64,000 bases of DNA from Syntrophorhabdaceae bacterium (GTDB taxonomy: Bacteria > Desulfobacterota > Syntrophorhabdia > Syntrophorhabdales > Syntrophorhabdaceae): assembly GCA_963665295.1 (NCBI GenBank), contig OY762209.1, forward strand, positions 4,864,001 through 4,928,000, written 5' to 3'. A program made the position numbers and the translations under genes. Of this stretch, positions 58,454 through 64,000 are shown one piece after another. A model generated the notes under the pieces. That model was given only the letters and a program-made list of their open reading frames with translations. It searched no databases and was not told the origin of the DNA. Numbering within the stretch: the stretch's first letter is position 1; every line of letters starts with the position of its first letter.

Positions 58454-59890
58454 CTACCGGACCGTGACCTGAATCTGGCCCGAATTTCCGGACTTGCGGT
58501 CAACGGCAAGGACCGTAATCTGCTGCCTCGGCTGGAGCGTGTTGATCAACTCCAGGAAACCTTCAAGGCTCGACACGCCCTGACCGTTTATCTCAGCTAT
58601 CATATCACCTACCTCGAAGCCGGCCTGGCCGAGAGGTCCCGAGGGGTCGATCCATGTGACAGTCACCCCCTGACCCGCGGTGAGACCATATCGATCCGCT
58701 TCCTTGGGGGTCACAGGCCGCACTTCGGCGCCCAACCGCTGTTTGACCGATGACGCCAGGGCCTTGATCTCTTCCTTGAGGTTGCCGATACGGACCGTGA
58801 GATCCAGTTTCTTCCCGTTCCTCACGATAGTGACCTTCGATGCCGCACCTACGGTGGTATTTGCGATCTGGTTTCTCAGGGTGCCCGCGTCCGGGATCGG
58901 CTTGTTGTCAAGAGCGGTAACGATGTCGCCCTTCTTCATGCCGCCCTTGTCGGCAGGCCCACCCTTCACCACCGAGTCGATCACCGCGCCCTTTATCGCT
59001 TCCATCCCCGCCGACCTGGCGCGGTCCCGTGCCAGGTCCTGTATGGTGACGCCGAGCCATCCCCGCTCCACCTTACCGCGGGTGATGAGGGTCTTCGTGA
59101 TGTGAACGGCAATATTGCTGGGTATGGCAAAACCGATCCCCTCATACCCGCCCGATTCGGAGATAATGACGGCGTTCACACCTATCACTTCACCCTGGAG
59201 ATTGAGCAGGGGCCCACCACTGTTGCCCGGATTGATTGCCGCGTCGGTTTGGATGAAATCCTGATAGCTGCTTGGATCGGTAATGCCCATACGATGCTTC
59301 GCGCTGATGATTCCCTGGGTCACCGTCTGATCAAGGCCCCTGGGGTGGCCGATGGCGACTACCCATTCCCCGACCTCCATCTTGTCGGAATCGCCGAAGG
59401 CAACATACTGCAAAGGCTCCTGGGCCGATATCTTTATCACCGCAAGGTCCGTTTTGGGATCGCTCCCCACCAGCTTTGCAGGGTATTTCCTTCCGTTCGC
59501 GAGGAGCACCTCTATTTTGCTCGCGCCCCCGGCCACATGATAGTTGGTGAGGATATGGCCCTGAGCATCGATGATCATGCCTGTGCCCAATCCCCGCACC
59601 TCACGCCTGAACTTGCGGGGCGCCTTGGGGGTGCCGAAGAAATATCTGAAGAAAGGATCGTTTTCGAAGGGCGACATCTGGTTCGTGATCTGCTGGGTGC
59701 CCGTCACCTCTATGTGCACCACACTGGGGATGGCCCGCTTGGCCACCTGCACGATAGCCGTGCTCAGGTCGTAGGACCTCGCAGCCCCGCCGGAAGAAGG
59801 AGCGAAAAGGATAATGAGCAGGGAAACGGCAAGGAATGTCGCGCAGGAAAGGGGTGCACGAAAATGAAATCCGGCTTGTTGTTGAGACAT
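58454..59890 (-). CDS. degP: DegP/Do serine endoprotease with two PDZ domains
   Basis: LTNYHV, DPKTDLAV, QTDAAINPGNSGG. Confidence 0.92.
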   Translation of the reverse strand: MSQQQAGFHFRAPLSCATFLAVSLLIILFAPSSGGAARSYDLSTAIVQVAKRAIPSVVHIEVTGTQQITNQMSPFENDPFFRYFFGTPKAPRKFRREVRGLGTGMIIDAQGHILTNYHVAGGASKIEVLLANGRKYPAKLVGSDPKTDLAVIKISAQEPLQYVAFGDSDKMEVGEWVVAIGHPRGLDQTVTQGIISAKHRMGITDPSSYQDFIQTDAAINPGNSGGPLLNLQGEVIGVNAVIISESGGYEGIGFAIPSNIAVHITKTLITRGKVERGWLGVTIQDLARDRARSAGMEAIKGAVIDSVVKGGPADKGGMKKGDIVTALDNKPIPDAGTLRNQIANTTVGAASKVTIVRNGKKLDLTVRIGNLKEEIKALASSVKQRLGAEVRPVTPKEADRYGLTAGQGVTVTWIDPSGPLGQAGFEVGDMIAEINGQGVSSLEGFLELINTLQPRQQITVLAVDRKSGNSGQIQVTVR

Positions 59891-60019
59891 GAACGTCCTC
59901 CTTAACAGGGTTTTATTCAATATAATACCCAAGCCGCCTCTTTTCACCACTTTTGCCCTTCGGCCGGATCGTTTCCCCACAAAAATCCCGCAGGGAGGGT
60001 CTGTCTCCGCACAAAGGTG

Positions 60020-60382
60020 TCATTGCGCAAAAAAGATCATCTTTATGGCAACAACAAGGAGGGCTACACCGAAGATCCTCTCAAGGGCGATATCCGGCAG
60101 GAAATTGGCGATATTTGCTCCTATCAACCCGCCGAACAGGAAGCCTATACAGATATACGCCGTGATCCCGATATCCACGTAGCCGTGCTTGTAGTAGGTC
60201 CACGCGGCGAGGATGCCGATGGGCGGCACGAGAATGGCCAGAGTGGTGCCCTGTGCCTGATGTTGGGACATCTTGAAAAAGAAGACAAGGATGGGAACCA
60301 GCATTATTCCGCCGCCGATCCCGATGATCCCGCTCACCGTCCCTACCACAAGACCGAGGAGCACATAAAGAAGATTGTCCAT
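60020..60382 (-). CDS. half-size TauE/SafE family permease
   Basis: SGIIGIGGG..LVP, HQAQGTTL. Confidence 0.85.
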   Translation of the reverse strand: MDNLLYVLLGLVVGTVSGIIGIGGGIMLVPILVFFFKMSQHQAQGTTLAILVPPIGILAAWTYYKHGYVDIGITAYICIGFLFGGLIGANIANFLPDIALERIFGVALLVVAIKMIFFAQ

Positions 60383-60407
60383 TGTCCCACCTCCTTTTCG
60401 CGGACCC

Positions 60408-61772
60408 TTATCGCCGCTCTTCGTCCCTCGCCGACGGGCCTATCCCCGCCTCTTTGAGGTTCGCTACCACCACAATGACCGGCTTCTCCGGATCGAGATA
60501 CGTCCTGGCCACCCTGAGAACGTCTTCCCGGCTGACCCCGTCGATGAGTGCCGGATACCATACCGCATAGTCCATGCCCAGACCATAAAACTCAACGGCG
60601 AGAAGAAACTGGGCCAGCTTGGCCTGGCTGTCGAAACGCATGGGGAAGCTCCCCGTAAGGTACCTCTTGGCCTTTTCAAGCTCGACTCCGGACACAGGTT
60701 CTCTCCGCATCCTCTCCATTTCTTTGAGCACCAGGTCGATCGCTTCACGGGCGGACGCGTTCTTTGTCTGAAGGGCGACCTCAAAGGCGCCCGGAAGCTT
60801 CCCCGCTTCGAACTCGCTCGAAACCGCGTAGGCCAATCCCTTACTGTTACGGATGGACGCCGTGAGCCTCGATGAAGATCCACCGCCCAGGATGTGGTTC
60901 ATCACCGTCACCGCGAGATAATCGGGGTTATCTCTGCTCAAGCCCCGGTTTCCTATGATAATACTCGCCTGGGTAACGGGTTTGTCCACGGTAACGGTTA
61001 CGGGTCCTTTGCGGTAGGGGCCTGCCGAAAGCTTTTCCAGGGCTTTTGCGTGCGGCCATTTCTCCAGAAGAGGGATAATTTTTGACTTGACCTCGGCAGA
61101 CGTGATATCCCCCGTGATCGCCATGATTGCGTTATTGGGACCATAATAGTCGTGATAAAATTTTAAGACCTTTGCCCTGTCGAGACCGGGCAGGGATTCC
61201 CGCGTTCCTTCCTCGGGGTGCCCGTAGGGGGTTTTGAGAAAGAGAGCACTGTCAAAGGTGTCGGCGGCCATCTGTCCGGGGTCCTCTTCCTTGAGCTTGA
61301 TCCCGGAAAGGGTCCTTTCAACCTCCCGTCGTATCTCGTCTTCGGGAAAGACGGAGAGTGTAAGGGTTTCAAAAAAAAGGCCGAACGCCCGGTCAAGGTC
61401 CTTTTTCAGGAAGCGCAGGTTAATGCTCGCATAGTCCTTGCCTGCGGTGGCGGAAAGGGAAGCCGCCAGGAGGTCGAGGTCCCGGTTAATGCGGGAGACC
61501 GTCAACTCCCGGGTGCCAAAGAGAAGACCCCGCGCGGTGAGACGGGCCAACCCCTCCTCGCGGGGAGGATCATTCTTCGATCCCGCGTCAACGAGAAGCC
61601 TCATGGTAACAAAAGGAAGGGTATGTTCCTCGGCGAGGAGGACCACGAGGCCGTTGGCAAGTTGCAGCCGCGCAAACCGCGGGCCCTTATCCGCTGCCCG
61701 GGCTCCGTTCCAAAGGAAAGTGATAAGCAGAAGAGGGATGGCGACGAGGGCGACAATGCGTTTCGGGTTCAA
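60408..61772 (-). CDS. M16 peptidase, non-catalytic subunit
   Basis: M16 fold without HxxEH; ILGGG.SSRL...IR..KGLAY. Confidence 0.88.
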   Translation of the reverse strand: MNPKRIVALVAIPLLLITFLWNGARAADKGPRFARLQLANGLVVLLAEEHTLPFVTMRLLVDAGSKNDPPREEGLARLTARGLLFGTRELTVSRINRDLDLLAASLSATAGKDYASINLRFLKKDLDRAFGLFFETLTLSVFPEDEIRREVERTLSGIKLKEEDPGQMAADTFDSALFLKTPYGHPEEGTRESLPGLDRAKVLKFYHDYYGPNNAIMAITGDITSAEVKSKIIPLLEKWPHAKALEKLSAGPYRKGPVTVTVDKPVTQASIIIGNRGLSRDNPDYLAVTVMNHILGGGSSSRLTASIRNSKGLAYAVSSEFEAGKLPGAFEVALQTKNASAREAIDLVLKEMERMRREPVSGVELEKAKRYLTGSFPMRFDSQAKLAQFLLAVEFYGLGMDYAVWYPALIDGVSREDVLRVARTYLDPEKPVIVVVANLKEAGIGPSARDEERR

Positions 61773-61785
61773 GATGATCCGCCTC

Positions 61786-63156
61786 CTATCTGGTCAGATG
61801 CTCTTTCGAGGGTACCACGGGCCGCGCGGGCAGGCCCTCTTTCGAGGGCAGGGGCACGAGAATACCCACCGTCCTGTTTTCCGGAACAAGGTAGCGCCCC
61901 GCGACCCTCATGATATCTTGAGGGGTAACCCTCCGGATGGCAGGGATGTAATCATCTATCCGCCTCCAATCCACGGCTGTTTCATGTTGTCCCAGCAGGA
62001 GGGCCTGGTAGAACAACGAATCCTGCCCGTATACAAAGGCCGCTTCAGCCTGGTTCTTCGCCTTTTCCAGTTCCTCCGGGGATACCGGTTCCTTTCTGAG
62101 CCTTTCCATCTCCTCATCCACGGCCTTTTCTATGTCCGTTGCCTCCTTGTTTGCAAGGGCGCTCACGGACAGGGAAAAGAGGCCCGGGTCCCTGGACAGA
62201 AGTGAATTGTCGGCGTCCACGTAGAGGGCCAGCCTCTTTTCCCTCACGAGTTTCTCGTAGAGCCTCGAACTCTTGCCCCCGGAAAGGATTCCTTCTATCA
62301 CTTCGAGGACGTAGCCGTCGGGGTCCCTGAGATTCGGCACATGGTAGGCCATGGAGAGATAGGGCAGCTCCGCTTCCCGCTTGACGACCAGCCGCCGCTC
62401 CCCTGTCTGGGGTTGCTCCGTTGGCGCCGACGGCCCCGGGACCGGACCCTTCGGGATCGAGCCGAAGGCCTTCGATATCCTTTCGAAAATCTCCTCCGTC
62501 CTGAAGTCTCCCACTGCGATGATGAACGCGTTTCCGGGGTTGTAAAAGGCCCGGTAGTAAGTCTTGAGGTCGTCGAGGGTATAGCGCTCTATATCCTCCA
62601 TCCATCCGATGATGGGCCAGTGATAAGGCTGTATCTGGAAGGCGGCGGCCTCGATCTGTTCCTCAATGTACGCCTGGGGGTTATCGGCAGTGCGAAGCCT
62701 CCGTTCCTCCATGACCACCATCCGTTCCGTCCGGAAATCTTCCTCTTTGAGCAGGAGGTTCTGCATCCGGTCCGCCTCCAGACTGATGGGCGTTTCCACG
62801 CGGTCTTGGCTGAGGGTGGTGAAGTAAACGGTATAATCCTGGGTGGTGCCCGCGTTTTCGTTTCCCCCGTTCTCCTCCACGATTCGGGAAAATTCCTCGG
62901 GTCCGAACTTTCCTGTCCCTTTGAACATCATGTGTTCAAGCATATGGGAAAGGCCCGTCTTCCCCCACGCCTCGTTTCTCGACCCCGCGCGGTACCAGAC
63001 CTGGAAGGTCACCACCGGCGCCTTGTGGTTTTCGAGGAGGATAACCTTGAGGCCGTTGGGAAGGACCTTTTCAACAACCTGCTCCTTAAGGCCTTCTGCC
63101 GATAAGGGGACCGCAAACAGCCAAAGAAAAAAAACCACCACACCTATTCGCGTCAT
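61786..63156 (-). CDS. M16 zinc peptidase, catalytic subunit
   Basis: GLSHMLEHMMFKG, ERMVVMEERR; signal peptide. Confidence 0.92.
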   Translation of the reverse strand: MTRIGVVVFFLWLFAVPLSAEGLKEQVVEKVLPNGLKVILLENHKAPVVTFQVWYRAGSRNEAWGKTGLSHMLEHMMFKGTGKFGPEEFSRIVEENGGNENAGTTQDYTVYFTTLSQDRVETPISLEADRMQNLLLKEEDFRTERMVVMEERRLRTADNPQAYIEEQIEAAAFQIQPYHWPIIGWMEDIERYTLDDLKTYYRAFYNPGNAFIIAVGDFRTEEIFERISKAFGSIPKGPVPGPSAPTEQPQTGERRLVVKREAELPYLSMAYHVPNLRDPDGYVLEVIEGILSGGKSSRLYEKLVREKRLALYVDADNSLLSRDPGLFSLSVSALANKEATDIEKAVDEEMERLRKEPVSPEELEKAKNQAEAAFVYGQDSLFYQALLLGQHETAVDWRRIDDYIPAIRRVTPQDIMRVAGRYLVPENRTVGILVPLPSKEGLPARPVVPSKEHLTR

Positions 63157-63590
63157 GTTATTACGACCTCCCGGACCGGGATTGTACAGGGTTACTCCCG
63201 GGTTTCCCAATGTGAAGACCCAATTCATACCTAACACTTAAAATCTTCATGGTCAAGTCCCGATTCTCGCGAGGTCGATCCCGAAGAAGGGCGCATTCAC
63301 ACGGCTGCGGAGCCCTCTTCTTATGGTTGAAGTTCCCCGGTGAACCGTTCCTTATCGTTTTCCCGACGGACACCAAAGGTGCAACAGTTCAAACCCTGTG
63401 GTAACAGGCTTCTTCGGGCGCCGGTCGTAAGACCCCGCAGGGTCGATATCTCTCGGTCTCCGGAGGAGGTCACCCGCCGTCAGGGCGCGGGACGGGCGAC
63501 CGCTTATGCATATTTCCACTCCTTTTTTTGAAAAACCCATGTGATTCTGTTATATAATAGCGGCAAGAGCCGCGAGGCATAAGGAGACTG

Positions 63591-64000
63591 ATGGCGCGAT
63601 ACAGGGTAAAATTCCTTCCCATGGACAGGGTGTTTCAGGCTGAAGAGGGCGAAAACCTCCTCGATCTCGCCATGAGGTCGGGGGTCCACATCAATGCCTC
63701 CTGCGGCGGGAACGGCGCCTGCGGAAAATGCCGTGTCACCCTGAGGGAGGGCAAGGTCGATTCTCCCGCCCACCGGACCATATCTGCGGACGAATATACT
63801 TCGGGAGTGCGGCTCGCATGCATGACCTCAATCCGCGGGAACGTCACAGTGGAAGTACCTCTCGAATCCCAGGTGGACAGGGCGGCACTGAAGAGACGCC
63901 GGGAGGCCCCTCACATCCTCTCGCCCGCCGACATCGGAAAGCTCGTGACGGGAATGGAGATCAATCCCGTCGTTACCAAGATATATGTGGATTTGCCCGA
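63591..64000 (+). CDS. 2Fe-2S / ASKHA-domain protein (corrinoid reductive activator-like), runs off window
   Basis: AAGGAG SD; GVHINASCGGNGACGKC...RLAC ferredoxin domain continuing into a linker. Confidence 0.7.
   Translation, partial: MARYRVKFLPMDRVFQAEEGENLLDLAMRSGVHINASCGGNGACGKCRVTLREGKVDSPAHRTISADEYTSGVRLACMTSIRGNVTVEVPLESQVDRAALKRRREAPHILSPADIGKLVTGMEINPVVTKIYVDLP

Overview
A 64 kb chromosomal window from an anaerobic, Deltaproteobacteria-like (Desulfobacterota/Syntrophorhabdus-like) organism; the taxonomy is inferred from gene content only. In order it contains: (1) two tandem TetR regulators followed by a catabolic operon of MeaB, a two-subunit B12-dependent acyl-CoA mutase with non-canonical specificity residues, a MmgE/PrpD-family enzyme, an acyl-CoA ligase and a TRAP transporter; (2) an HTH-WYL regulator divergent from a promoter matching the PafBC-type TGTCnn-N10-TAnnnT layout, which drives an unannotated 58-aa acidic protein; (3) an ABC importer with menA; (4) an intact IS with 17-bp IRs and a 6-bp TSD; (5) mqnP/mqnL/ubiX-type genes; (6) a lower-GC segment with an orphan Cys-type formate dehydrogenase alpha subunit between decayed genes; (7) an ECF sigma/anti-sigma/Spy module; (8) a polyamine cluster (ThDP enzyme, PuuR-like regulator, pdaD, speB, CASDH, nspC); (9) tig-clpP-clpX, tRNA-Val, tRNA-Asp and ygiB/ygiC-like genes; and (10) a PAS-only protein, transporters, DegP, an M16 peptidase pair and a partial 2Fe-2S/ASKHA gene. 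The best candidates for undescribed biology are the mutase operon and the WYL-microprotein module. All calls come from motif recognition by eye; no searches were run.
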